From positions 1 to 27,969 of IMG/VR virus record IMGVR_UViG_3300020045_003671: DNA of 27,969 bases, one strand, 5' to 3'. How positions within the stretch are numbered: position 1 is the first letter of the stretch; the number at the start of each line of letters is the position of its first letter. This DNA is from a virus (lineage: Duplodnaviria; Caudoviricetes). The position numbers and the translations under genes were made by a program. The notes under the pieces are model-generated. The model saw only the letters and a program-made list of their open reading frames with translations, ran no database searches and was not told the origin of the DNA. This document shows, in pieces, positions 16,539-26,046 of the stretch.

Positions 16539-16889
16539 ATGGGATGCGCTTGTACTGATAAAAAGAAATTAGACTTTAACTACGTTAGACGTTTAGCCAA
16601 TGCCGAGTCAATCACAAAACAGATTGATATTCAAATTTATTTCATAATTGGATATGATGGAAAAACAAAATACTATGACTATGAACCAACAAACGGAGGC
16701 AGAAAATTGCAAGTCGTTGAAGTTATACAATTTCAGCAACCTGAGAGCCTCAGTGTTTTACCAGATAATGAGCAGTCAGGACTTGACGCTGTTATCAAAG
16801 AAGAAATCATCAAACCTATTAAGCCAAAATCAGGAACTATTAAACGAAAGTTGGATAACAATTCAGGAGCAGTATTACCAATCGACTGA
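16539..16889 (+). CDS. hypothetical protein (MGCAC N-terminus), possible tail assembly factor
   Basis: Good start context; 3' half overlaps the next ORF in another frame. Confidence 0.6.
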   Translation: MGCACTDKKKLDFNYVRRLANAESITKQIDIQIYFIIGYDGKTKYYDYEPTNGGRKLQVVEVIQFQQPESLSVLPDNEQSGLDAVIKEEIIKPIKPKSGTIKRKLDNNSGAVLPID

Positions 16890-17292
16890 CGAAGGTAAAT
16901 TCAAATCGTTTCTTTCTGAACGGATATTTGAAGACAGTCAGGATCGGGAAATGATGATCATTGATTGCTGTTCTTTGATTATTGACTTTGAGAATAAATA
17001 CGGGGTTAAAATAGCCGATTATACCGAAGCGTTGAGTAAAATAGGTATATCAGGTAGCTTTGAGCAGATAGTTAGCCAGATCAAGCAAAAACGAATGAAA
17101 TATCGATTTCTAAAGGCTAACAAAGAAAAGCAAAACAACGAAACGGCAAAGAATGACTTTTACGACTTGATCGCAATAGCTAGTAAAACATTAGGCTATC
17201 ATATACCTAGTGATATTTTACTAATTGAGTGGTGCGGAATTTTAAACACTTTAAAACGAATGTCAGATGGCAGGGGCAATAAAAAAGACTGA
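16648..17292 (+). CDS. putative tail assembly chaperone (start uncertain, possibly TTG 16717)
   Basis: Helical protein directly before the tape measure gene and overlapping it. Confidence 0.6.
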   Translation: MDMMEKQNTMTMNQQTEAENCKSLKLYNFSNLRASVFYQIMSSQDLTLLSKKKSSNLLSQNQELLNESWITIQEQYYQSTDEGKFKSFLSERIFEDSQDREMMIIDCCSLIIDFENKYGVKIADYTEALSKIGISGSFEQIVSQIKQKRMKYRFLKANKEKQNNETAKNDFYDLIAIASKTLGYHIPSDILLIEWCGILNTLKRMSDGRGNKKD

Positions 17293-19939
17293 AATAGTTG
17301 AAGCTGACTTAGGTCAATTATCAGATGATTTACACAAAGTAGGTGAATCAATTGCTTTTATTATAAGTGAATCTGCTAAGGTAAAACCAATAACAGGATT
17401 GTCTGATTTGGCTAAAATAACTAAAGAAACTGCCGAAAATGCAAAAAATTTAGCTATTCAACAAAAGGCAGTATTAGACATTGAAACTAAAGTTGTTGCG
17501 CTGATTGAAAAAGAGGCAAAAGCAAGAGAAGCTGAATCAAAAGCAGCAATAAAATCAGCACAAGAAAAAACTCAGGCTATAATTAATGAAGAAAAAGCTA
17601 TTCAGGCTAAAATTAAGACTGATAAAGATTTATTATCACTTGAAAAACAGCAAGAACAGCAAAAGTTAAGAAATGCTAAAGCCATTAAAGCAGAAGAAGG
17701 ATCATACGATCAGCTTAATGCAACTTTAAATCAAACGATTAGAGAATATAAAGCATTATCACAAGCCGATAGGGAAAACGCTGCTATTGGTGGCGAAATG
17801 ATCAAAAATATAGCCGCCCAGGATGCACAATTAAAGCAACTTGATGCAACAATGGGAAGGAATCAGCGAAATGTAGGAAACTATAAAAATGGATTTAATG
17901 GATTGAATTTTTCTGTAATGCAAATTGGAAGAGAGTTGCCTTCTTTAGCATACGGGTTTAATGTGTTTGTAGGAGCAATATCTAATAACCTTCCAATGGT
18001 TACTGATGAAATTAAGAGAGCTAAAGATGAGCTTGAAGCATTAAGGATTAAAGGAGAAAAAGGTATTCCAATTTGGAAACAGTTAGCAGGAGCAATATTT
18101 TCATGGCAGACTGCAATGGTTGTTGGAATTACTGTTATGACTATGTATGGTCGTGAAATTGGTAGTTTTATATCTAAATTATTTAATGGTAAAGATGCTA
18201 TTGATGAAATGAGAAAAGCTCAAGAAAGTCTAAATAAAATTAAGGCAGAAGGGCGTGGAGAAGCTCAATCAGAATTAACAAGACTTAGTTTACTTTGGGG
18301 TGCATTAAAGGACGTAAATACATCAGCAGAAACAAGAAATAAAATATATAAAGAATTACAAGAAAAATATCCTAATTATTTTAAAAATATTGATGATGAA
18401 TCAATGAAAATTAGAAATGTAGAAAAAGGATATTATCAATTAAGAGATGCAATAATAGCAACGGCACAATCTAGGGTTTATGCTGAAACAATAGCAAAAA
18501 ATAAAAGCATTATCGAAACTGATTTAAAACTAAAATTGGATGAAGCAACAACCGCAGTATCAGATTATTACAATGAAAATAAAGACTTAATTAATAGGGA
18601 TACTAAATTACAACAACAAGTTCAGGGACTAGGTGCTGCAAATACTCACGCTTTAATAGTAAAACAGAGATATGATAATTTAATAAAAATTCAAAATGAT
18701 GCTAAAAAAGAGATATTGAAAAAAGAAGCTGAAAATTTTAGGCTTATGAATATGGTTGATGTTGAAGCGTTAACAAATGATTTCGGAGCGGCTAAATTAA
18801 AAGAAAAAAAGCAAAAAGAAAAAATAGGATTAACAATCGGACAACTTAAAAAAGAATTTAACGAAGAAGATAAATTAAATGAGATTAGAAAAAAAGAAGT
18901 TGATCAATTTTTTAAGGATGAACAAAAAAGGCTAAAAGATAATTCATCAAGTCAGATTGAAATAGTTCGTGAACAAATTGATCTTGAAATTATGGCACTT
19001 CAAGAGGCTTCACTTGAAAAAGTAAAGCTTGCAAAAGGAAATAAAGATGAGATTGAAAAGATTCAATATGAATTAAATCAATCAATTATTAAGATGGAAT
19101 ATGATAAACTTGATACGTTGGCTAAATCAGGTGAAATCATTGGAAAGGATTATTTGAATGTTTTAGATCGTATGCGTGGTTTAAATATTACACATAATAA
19201 AAATGAAATTAATGAAACTACTAAAACTGAGGAAGAAAAGAAGCAAATAAGACGTGAAACAATGCAAGCTACTTCGGAATTGCTTAGTCAAGGTCTAGCC
19301 TTTAGTCAGCAAATATATGCAGCACAAGCAACCAGAGCGCAAGAAACTTACGACGCTGAAATGAACGCAGCCGGAGACAGCTTAGAGGCTCAGACATTGG
19401 CTAAACGTAAATTCGAGGCAGAAGATAAGAAGATCAAACAAAAACAGGCTATTGCAAGTAAATTACAAGCCGTTTTAGATGCTTCTTTGGCTTTGGCTTT
19501 AGCGATTGCTACAACATGGAAGAATCCATTTTTAGCAGCTTTAAATATCGGAGCAGCTACTTTAGGTTTAGGAATGGCTTTGGCTACTCCTATCCCTCAA
19601 TTTGCAGAAGGAACCGATTTTGCACCAAGTTCGTTTATAGCTGGTGAAGAAGGTAGCGAGTTGATTAAAACTAAATCAGGGAAAATGATTTTAACCCCGA
19701 ATAAAGCGACTTTATTTTCTGATAATAACTTGATAGGCTCAACTGTATTTCCACACGATCAAACGCAGAGAATGTTAGCGAATATGGCATTTAATCAGGT
19801 TCGTGAAGTTGTTGATATGAGAGAAACAAATAGTACATTGTTAGATATTTCAAAAAGCGTAAAGCGCAAAGATGAAAGATTTATAGATGCAAGTGGAAGA
19901 TTAAATGTAAAAAGAGGAAATATTACTACAAAATATTAA
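17267..19939 (+). CDS. tail tape measure protein
   Basis: 890 aa Ala/Lys/Glu-rich coiled coil with GSYDQL, RNQRNVGNY, QIGRELPSLAYG...AISNNLP, hydrophobic segments and C-terminal PQFAEGT...AGEEGSELI. Confidence 0.88.
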   Translation: MAGAIKKTEIVEADLGQLSDDLHKVGESIAFIISESAKVKPITGLSDLAKITKETAENAKNLAIQQKAVLDIETKVVALIEKEAKAREAESKAAIKSAQEKTQAIINEEKAIQAKIKTDKDLLSLEKQQEQQKLRNAKAIKAEEGSYDQLNATLNQTIREYKALSQADRENAAIGGEMIKNIAAQDAQLKQLDATMGRNQRNVGNYKNGFNGLNFSVMQIGRELPSLAYGFNVFVGAISNNLPMVTDEIKRAKDELEALRIKGEKGIPIWKQLAGAIFSWQTAMVVGITVMTMYGREIGSFISKLFNGKDAIDEMRKAQESLNKIKAEGRGEAQSELTRLSLLWGALKDVNTSAETRNKIYKELQEKYPNYFKNIDDESMKIRNVEKGYYQLRDAIIATAQSRVYAETIAKNKSIIETDLKLKLDEATTAVSDYYNENKDLINRDTKLQQQVQGLGAANTHALIVKQRYDNLIKIQNDAKKEILKKEAENFRLMNMVDVEALTNDFGAAKLKEKKQKEKIGLTIGQLKKEFNEEDKLNEIRKKEVDQFFKDEQKRLKDNSSSQIEIVREQIDLEIMALQEASLEKVKLAKGNKDEIEKIQYELNQSIIKMEYDKLDTLAKSGEIIGKDYLNVLDRMRGLNITHNKNEINETTKTEEEKKQIRRETMQATSELLSQGLAFSQQIYAAQATRAQETYDAEMNAAGDSLEAQTLAKRKFEAEDKKIKQKQAIASKLQAVLDASLALALAIATTWKNPFLAALNIGAATLGLGMALATPIPQFAEGTDFAPSSFIAGEEGSELIKTKSGKMILTPNKATLFSDNNLIGSTVFPHDQTQRMLANMAFNQVREVVDMRETNSTLLDISKSVKRKDERFIDASGRLNVKRGNITTKY

Positions 19940-20585
19940 TGTAGAAATGTCCAAAGATATCCACCTGAAGTTTTTGTTTTTTTAACTAAACATCTATTTA
20001 TAGCCTTATAGCTTATACCAGTAATATTATTAGCTTCTCTTGCATTTGAAAATGTAGTAATGTATGATCCATTTAAATTAAATTGGCATATAGGCTTACT
20101 TCTATTATGATCTTTGCCAAATTTACCTAACCATACTTTGGCGGCTTTGGGTTTCCTAAAATTCTAATTGAATGTAGTGTATTCTCTGAATAAGTACACC
20201 AATCTAAATTTGAAAGTAAATTATTTAATTTATTACCGTCGTTATGATTTACGCATCGTTTATTTTCTTTATTTGGAATAAAATTAATAGATACAATTCT
20301 ATGTACTGATAATTGAGTAGGATTAGAATTCTTGCATAATCCCAATCTAAAATATCCTTTAACCTTTAATTTTATAAGTGTTACTCCTATTATATATTTT
20401 TCACTTAATCCCAATTTTACTGTTCTATCTATACTTTTAACATTACCAAAATTACTTACTTGATATAATCCTTCAAATCCAATTATATCTACCCAAATTT
20501 CAATATTATCTATACAGCATTGCAAAGCATATTCATAAAACTCTTGCCTAATTTTTCCGTTTTTATCTAATCTTTTAATTTCCAT
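19936..20585 (-). pseudogene. NUMOD4-HNH-NUMOD1 homing endonuclease with a 1-nt frameshift near 20131-20136
   Basis: ATG 20585; EIWVDIIGFEGLYQVSNFGNVKS (NUMOD4), VHRIVS...VNHNDGNKLNNLLSNLDW (HNH), TAG at 20127. A shifted frame continues WLGKFGKDHNRSKPIAQFNLNGSYITTFSNAREANNITGIS...KTSGGYLW (NUMOD1-like) to TAA 19936. The span is 650 nt, one short of a full frame. Confidence 0.8.
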
Positions 20586-20595
20586 AGTTTTTAAA

Positions 20596-20697
20596 TTAAA
20601 AACCCAATAAACAAATGGGTCAAGCACCTGAGTATTGGGTTTGCGAGTTTAGAACATAAACTCAATATCTTATTTGTAAATCTTGACCATTTACAAT
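20596..20697 (-). promoter_or_regulatory. three-hairpin 5' leader/attenuator of the HNH gene with a kissing loop
   Basis: Hairpins at 20696-20674 (loop GGUCAAG), 20663-20645 and 20642-20600 (loop contains CUUGACC, U-rich 3' end). Confidence 0.55.
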
Positions 20698-20698
20698 A

Positions 20699-20706
20699 CA
20701 AATGTA
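20699..20706 (-). promoter_or_regulatory. -7 promoter box for the HNH cassette
   Basis: TACATTTG on the minus strand immediately upstream of the leader. Confidence 0.5.
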
Positions 20707-20720
20707 CAAAATTTGTATTA

Positions 20721-20739
20721 AATAAATTTATTACTTTTG
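20721..20739 (+). promoter_or_regulatory. putative late promoter for tail-tip genes
   Basis: AATAAATTTATTACTTTTG, 17/19 identical to 16034-16052. Confidence 0.55.
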
Positions 20740-20760
20740 ATATAAATTAAATTTATTCCA

Positions 20761-21543
20761 ATGTCAATAATCGCACAATTAAATCCTTTGCGTTTTTACG
20801 CTGATAAAAGATCAAGGCAATTCGAAAATACAGAAAATCAAAATAGATTAGTAGTCTATCCGATGTATTTAGATACGGTTTTAAAATGTAAAGTACCACA
20901 ATTCAACGTTATAATCAACGAAGTACTTTCAACAGTTACAATGAAAGTATATGATTGTGATGGTGTCGAAATGGTATCTAGCATACCTTCATCATTAAGT
21001 TTTGGTACATATACTCAAATAATGTATACCGGAGGAATAATTATAAATGATCAAATAGGTAACTACGAAATAAAATTAACAATTAATGGAATTGATTATT
21101 GGTCTGATTATTTCGAATGGACAACTGATTTAGATGATAAACTTAAAATTACAGCCGAAAGTTCAAAGATTCGTTTAGGTACTTATGAATACGAATTAAT
21201 TTATACGACTTATGAATTTTATTTAGCATTAAAGCCATTAAGTTCAAATACCTATCTGAAAGAAGAGGCAAACGAGACTTTAGCAATAACCGATATTAAT
21301 TATGGAAGTTCGGCACTGTTAAGATCGTACAACGTACTTGCCAATGAGCCTATATTTATGTTTTTAAGAGCATTAAGGATACTTTCTTGTAATGGTTCAG
21401 TTGTATTCAATCATAAATTTATCGACTATCAGGCCGTTGATATTGTAACTGAAATCGAAAGCGATGTTATTAATGCTGATTTGATTAATGTTAAGATTGA
21501 ATTTAAAGTGTTGGCTGAGTCAGTTTCTGTTTATAACGGCTAA
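20761..21543 (+). CDS. putative distal tail/baseplate protein
   Basis: 260-aa beta-rich ORF, first plus-strand gene after the tape measure gene. Confidence 0.55.
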   Translation: MSIIAQLNPLRFYADKRSRQFENTENQNRLVVYPMYLDTVLKCKVPQFNVIINEVLSTVTMKVYDCDGVEMVSSIPSSLSFGTYTQIMYTGGIIINDQIGNYEIKLTINGIDYWSDYFEWTTDLDDKLKITAESSKIRLGTYEYELIYTTYEFYLALKPLSSNTYLKEEANETLAITDINYGSSALLRSYNVLANEPIFMFLRALRILSCNGSVVFNHKFIDYQAVDIVTEIESDVINADLINVKIEFKVLAESVSVYNG

Positions 21544-21587
21544 AATAAATATCAAAAGAATTATTAAATTTGTGAAAAGCAAAATAA

Positions 21588-24224
21588 ATGATTGATTACA
21601 CTTTATCTATTGACGTTTCAGGAGGCAAAAATCCTAATGGATTCTTTGAAATTGGTGTAATTCAATTAGGTGAAATGAAATCTGAGCTAATAGACGGAAA
21701 TATAAGGGTAGAAAGACGTGGTTTTGGAGACATTGAAGTCAGAAATGAGCCATATAAATACGCTAAACTAGGCAGTGACAGGTATAATCTTTACGACATT
21801 ATTAGCTCAGTTTCGCCAAGTCAGGAAATCTGGTTAAAATTTACTTCTGTTTATGAAACTTTATACGCTTACTTTGGGATAATCGACTGCAAATTAGATG
21901 ACGATCAAAAAAAGATAACCATTAAACCATATATTTTAGATCAATATACTGACTTATTAGAAAATCGTGAAACGGAGGTTAAGTTATTCGATGAAACGAA
22001 CCAGATCGTTAACGGTGACTTTAAAGAAGGCACAGACTTAAATCCAACAGGATGGACAAAATTTGCAGGGACAATACTCGAAAAGGGATTTTTTCAAGAT
22101 TCATCCTGTATTAAAATACCTATTCAATTTTTATTATCCGGTCAAAATGGAATAATTCAATCATTTTCAAATGCGTTATCAGGTAAACAAACTGCTTTTT
22201 CTTTTAATTGGGCATTGACAGGCAATAGTATATATAAAGAAAACCTAGAATTAAGAATAACATTAGAAGGCAATGTTAATGACTATAATTTGACAAGCGA
22301 AGGTAAATGGATTCCTTTTGATTCAGACCAAAGAATATTTTATAGTAATCAAACTATCGCTATTCCTGAATCATCTGCGCAATATAAAAGATTTAGTTTA
22401 GTTGGAGAAGCTTCGCCTGAATCTGGAATTATAAAAATTGTATTTTATCACTATTCAACTTGGTTTATAACAGAATCAGACATTACGAATTTAATTTTAA
22501 CAAATGTTATTGCTTCAACTTCATCAATCGAACTAAAAACAATCAAAATTCAATTGAGCGATGAGAAGTTAGTAACCAAAAACGAAGATGCAAAGGAAAT
22601 AATCTGGTCAAAGCGAAAACCAAAAGCTAATTTTTACAGTACTAAATTAAACTATCAACAGTCTTTAGATTCGTTCTTTGATGGTAATGGAAAACCTATT
22701 CAGGGTAATTTAGTAATGTCTGATGACAATGGAATAACCATAAATGATGTTATCAATTTCTTTAAAGAGCCAATAAGCAAATCGTACAAATACGAACTTT
22801 CAGCAATAACTATTTTTAAGTGTGAATATATAGCGACTAAAAAAAGACGGTTTAGAGCTATTTGTGAGTTTAGCAGGGAGGAAATATATTACACGAAAAT
22901 AAGTGATGGTAATGGTGGTTATTTGCCACCTGAAACGGATGCCGGATGGATTAATACATTCACAAACGAGCCTAGTAACAGCAATAGATATCTTTGGGTT
23001 AGAACCCCTTTTAATGGTATTGAATTGCCGTGGTCAAAAAGTGCAATTGACATTGGAGATTGGCGGACTTATTACAATACATTTGGTTATTACGACAGCG
23101 TTAAATCAGTAAAGCAATATCCGGTTTCAGTTGAAAATTCAGTTGAAATAGTTAACGCTATTGATTTAAGAGAAGTATTTACAAAAGTTTATCGGGAAAC
23201 TCATATTTCATTGCGTGGTAAAAGTGTTTATTCAAACTTTCTTTGGAATGATGCTTTATCAGTTCAGGAAATAGAAGACGTATATTTAAACAACAACACG
23301 GAAACAAACTACGCTTCAATGACCGATAGTACGTCAGACGTTGAGCCTAAAAATGAACTGAATAAGATTTTAGCCGTTCATACTTACGAATTTTCAACAG
23401 ATCCAACAACCGACAAAGAAAAAACAGTCCTAAAAATATCGTTTAATGATTTAATGTCTGATTTCTTGGCTCATTTCCCTCAATGTTATTGGTTTATTGA
23501 CACAAATAAAGATTTACATATCGAACACGTTAAATATTTTGACAGAATTAACAAAGCTAAAGATTTAACCGTTGCTCAGTATTATTATATTCGGGAATAT
23601 CAATCGTGGGAATACATCAAAGAAAAACTATTCTCTTTAGAAAACTATGAGTTTAAAAATTCAGGCAATATAGACTTTATTTCATCTAAGGTTACATTTG
23701 ATAAGATCACAACGAACAAACGCGGACAGGACACTAAAAACGACATTACAGGCAAAGTATTAAGTACTGACGTTGCTTTCTGTTTGGAAAACCGCAACTC
23801 TTTGGATAATGGCATAGTCTTAATGATTTACGACACGGTTGATGACGAAAATATTTGTCGTAAAGGTATGGGATGTAATACCAGAAACACCATCCTAAAC
23901 GGAGATTTAAGTATAGCCTCATTATTGGTTAAGTATGCCACTTATGAAGGAACTTGGCAGCAAGGACAAATAGACGGCAAAGGATTCTGGAATAATCAAG
24001 ATGGGGTTTATAAATATTACACGACTAAACATGTCAGAGAAGCCGAAGAAATAACCATTAAAGGCATTTTTTTGGATAAAATTATTTTCACTAATTTAGG
24101 GCTTGGAATCGTAGCACAACGAAAAGTTGATTATGAAAACGAAGTGACTAAATTAGTAGCTGTTTATAGATATTCTGATCCGTTCCCGATTTACGGTTCA
24201 GGCAAAGATGAACCAATAATATAA
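21588..24224 (+). CDS. large tail-tip/hub protein with a carbohydrate-binding-module-like insertion
   Basis: 878 aa; NQIVNGDFKEG...PTGW opens a CBM4/9-like segment; DLHIEH motif later; TAAATTTG box at 21565-21572 upstream. Confidence 0.6.
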   Translation: MIDYTLSIDVSGGKNPNGFFEIGVIQLGEMKSELIDGNIRVERRGFGDIEVRNEPYKYAKLGSDRYNLYDIISSVSPSQEIWLKFTSVYETLYAYFGIIDCKLDDDQKKITIKPYILDQYTDLLENRETEVKLFDETNQIVNGDFKEGTDLNPTGWTKFAGTILEKGFFQDSSCIKIPIQFLLSGQNGIIQSFSNALSGKQTAFSFNWALTGNSIYKENLELRITLEGNVNDYNLTSEGKWIPFDSDQRIFYSNQTIAIPESSAQYKRFSLVGEASPESGIIKIVFYHYSTWFITESDITNLILTNVIASTSSIELKTIKIQLSDEKLVTKNEDAKEIIWSKRKPKANFYSTKLNYQQSLDSFFDGNGKPIQGNLVMSDDNGITINDVINFFKEPISKSYKYELSAITIFKCEYIATKKRRFRAICEFSREEIYYTKISDGNGGYLPPETDAGWINTFTNEPSNSNRYLWVRTPFNGIELPWSKSAIDIGDWRTYYNTFGYYDSVKSVKQYPVSVENSVEIVNAIDLREVFTKVYRETHISLRGKSVYSNFLWNDALSVQEIEDVYLNNNTETNYASMTDSTSDVEPKNELNKILAVHTYEFSTDPTTDKEKTVLKISFNDLMSDFLAHFPQCYWFIDTNKDLHIEHVKYFDRINKAKDLTVAQYYYIREYQSWEYIKEKLFSLENYEFKNSGNIDFISSKVTFDKITTNKRGQDTKNDITGKVLSTDVAFCLENRNSLDNGIVLMIYDTVDDENICRKGMGCNTRNTILNGDLSIASLLVKYATYEGTWQQGQIDGKGFWNNQDGVYKYYTTKHVREAEEITIKGIFLDKIIFTNLGLGIVAQRKVDYENEVTKLVAVYRYSDPFPIYGSGKDEPII

Positions 24225-24229
24225 ATGAT

Positions 24230-25177
24230 ATGGCACTCAACGCACAACGAATTATAGATGCTCTGTTTTTTAATCAGGAAACAGACCCGACACCGATAAA
24301 TGAATGTTATATACTTTTAGATCATCCATCGTGGGATGAACCTAGAAAAATACTTTATCCGTTATCTGTTAGCGAATCAGGTGCCTTGCTTGGTGGTGAT
24401 TTGATTACTTCATCTGGTTGGACGTTTGTAGGTTGGACAGGGAACGAATCTATTGGATGGACACATAACACCGGAAATACAAGCGTATTGAGCAATGTTT
24501 TATCTGCTATTTCAGGTAGTACGTATCAGGTAGTATTAACTGTTTCAGGTAGAACGGCTGGTTCTTTTGTTGCTGCTTTTGGTGGTGATACTTCCCCTGC
24601 TTTAATTTCATCTGTTAATTATTCGCTAACGGCTACAAGTAACGGAAATTTAACCATTACACCTACGTCAGATTTTGACGGTACAATTTTAATTTCAATT
24701 AAAGAAGTCGTTTGGGAATTTACAGAACAGGAAATACTTGATTTATTGGGTATTGCTTCGATATATAGTCAAGCTGAAACAGATGCCTTATTAGCTGCAA
24801 AAGTTGATATTGAAGCTGGGAAATCATTATTAGCTGATACCGAAATTGCAAGGATATTAACGATAAAATCAAATCCGTATCAAATTAATATGCCAGCCGG
24901 AAACATTACAACTAAAGTAGCCGGAGCAACATTTTTACCTTTAGGATGGGCAACTATTGCGCAAAGTGGCGATTATGATGCGGTTGTTACTCATGTTTTA
25001 ACAGGTCGAAAAGTTGGATTTGTCAACGTATTTGAGATTGACGGCTCAGACGAAAGACTTTTATCTTTTGATAAAGGAACGGCATACACCGGAATAGTAG
25101 GAAATGGATTAACTATTAAATTGGAAGGTTTAGCACCTACGACATTACCTATACGAATTGAATTTATAATTGACTAA
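24230..25177 (+). CDS. tail-associated structural protein
   Basis: Beta-sandwich-like block (GWTFVGWTG...TYQVVLTVSGRTAGS...FDGTILISIKEV) plus fibre-type YSQAETDALLAAKVDIEAGKSL motif. Confidence 0.6.
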   Translation: MALNAQRIIDALFFNQETDPTPINECYILLDHPSWDEPRKILYPLSVSESGALLGGDLITSSGWTFVGWTGNESIGWTHNTGNTSVLSNVLSAISGSTYQVVLTVSGRTAGSFVAAFGGDTSPALISSVNYSLTATSNGNLTITPTSDFDGTILISIKEVVWEFTEQEILDLLGIASIYSQAETDALLAAKVDIEAGKSLLADTEIARILTIKSNPYQINMPAGNITTKVAGATFLPLGWATIAQSGDYDAVVTHVLTGRKVGFVNVFEIDGSDERLLSFDKGTAYTGIVGNGLTIKLEGLAPTTLPIRIEFIID

Positions 25178-25209
25178 TTTAAGTTTTTTATTAAAATCCT
25201 AAATAAGAA

Positions 25210-25371
25210 ATGAAAGAACTATTTTTAATTGATTCACTTTTCGATATTAAAACTGTTTTTGGCAGTTTAGAAATACTTGATAACTCAGAACCATTTAATC
25301 AAATACAAATTGTTAAGTTTGCTAAAATTGTGAATAATTACATTAAAATGACTAAAATATTAAATGACTGA
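25210..25371 (+). CDS. 53-aa hypothetical protein
   Basis: Not in ORF track. MKELFLIDSLFDIKTVFGSLEILDNSEPFNQIQIVKFAKIVNNYIKMTKILND. Fills the gap and overlaps the next start. Confidence 0.45.
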   Translation: MKELFLIDSLFDIKTVFGSLEILDNSEPFNQIQIVKFAKIVNNYIKMTKILND

Positions 25372-26044
25372 TTTAATTAAACATAATCCTTTAGTAGCTT
25401 GGTTCACTTTGGCTGATTCATTAGTTCAGCTAACTAGGGAAACTATTGATAATCCGGCAACGTTCAGAATAACCGTAAAACCTATTGATACAAACAATAT
25501 CGGACAAGGACAAAAGGCAATCGGCTATACTTTTACTGATTGGGTAGGAACACCTTATAAAATAATCGCAGTTGACACAAATACAATCGACGTAGAAGAT
25601 GTATTTCGTGTTGGCTGTCCGGTACGTGGAAAAGTTGGAATAGTTCATAAATCAGCTTATAAAGGCTTTTCAATTCACTTGCCTAGTGAATTACTTTGTC
25701 GTTTACACCAAACCGCAGCAAGCAACAATAATAAGTTCGCTATGTCAATTTTATGGCAGAATGACCCTAATGGTAGGCGAATACCTTTTACAAATATTTT
25801 ACAGCCTGAAATATCAGATTATAGGGTTGCTTTGGTTGATGAGGATGGAGTAACGTTTAATCCAATGGAAGACTACGGACAAAATCCGCAATTTGATATT
25901 TTTCAAATATTAGAAGATGGTAATTATTCTCAAGTATTTTTAGGAATGAATATAACTAGAAATGGAATTGACGGTTTAATTGACTCAGTTTTATTTTCAG
26001 GAACAGGTGAATTGATAACAGGATATATCTTAATAAAGAACTAA
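25364..26044 (+). CDS. hypothetical tail-module protein
   Basis: 226-aa ORF in the tail region, stop 2 nt before the next gene. Confidence 0.7.
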   Translation: MTDLIKHNPLVAWFTLADSLVQLTRETIDNPATFRITVKPIDTNNIGQGQKAIGYTFTDWVGTPYKIIAVDTNTIDVEDVFRVGCPVRGKVGIVHKSAYKGFSIHLPSELLCRLHQTAASNNNKFAMSILWQNDPNGRRIPFTNILQPEISDYRVALVDEDGVTFNPMEDYGQNPQFDIFQILEDGNYSQVFLGMNITRNGIDGLIDSVLFSGTGELITGYILIKN

Positions 26045-26046
26045 AT

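Noticed and set aside
19936-20700. Group I intron carrying the HNH gene
   Set aside because: The insert is intergenic and antisense, flanking genes look complete, and no intron core elements were recognised
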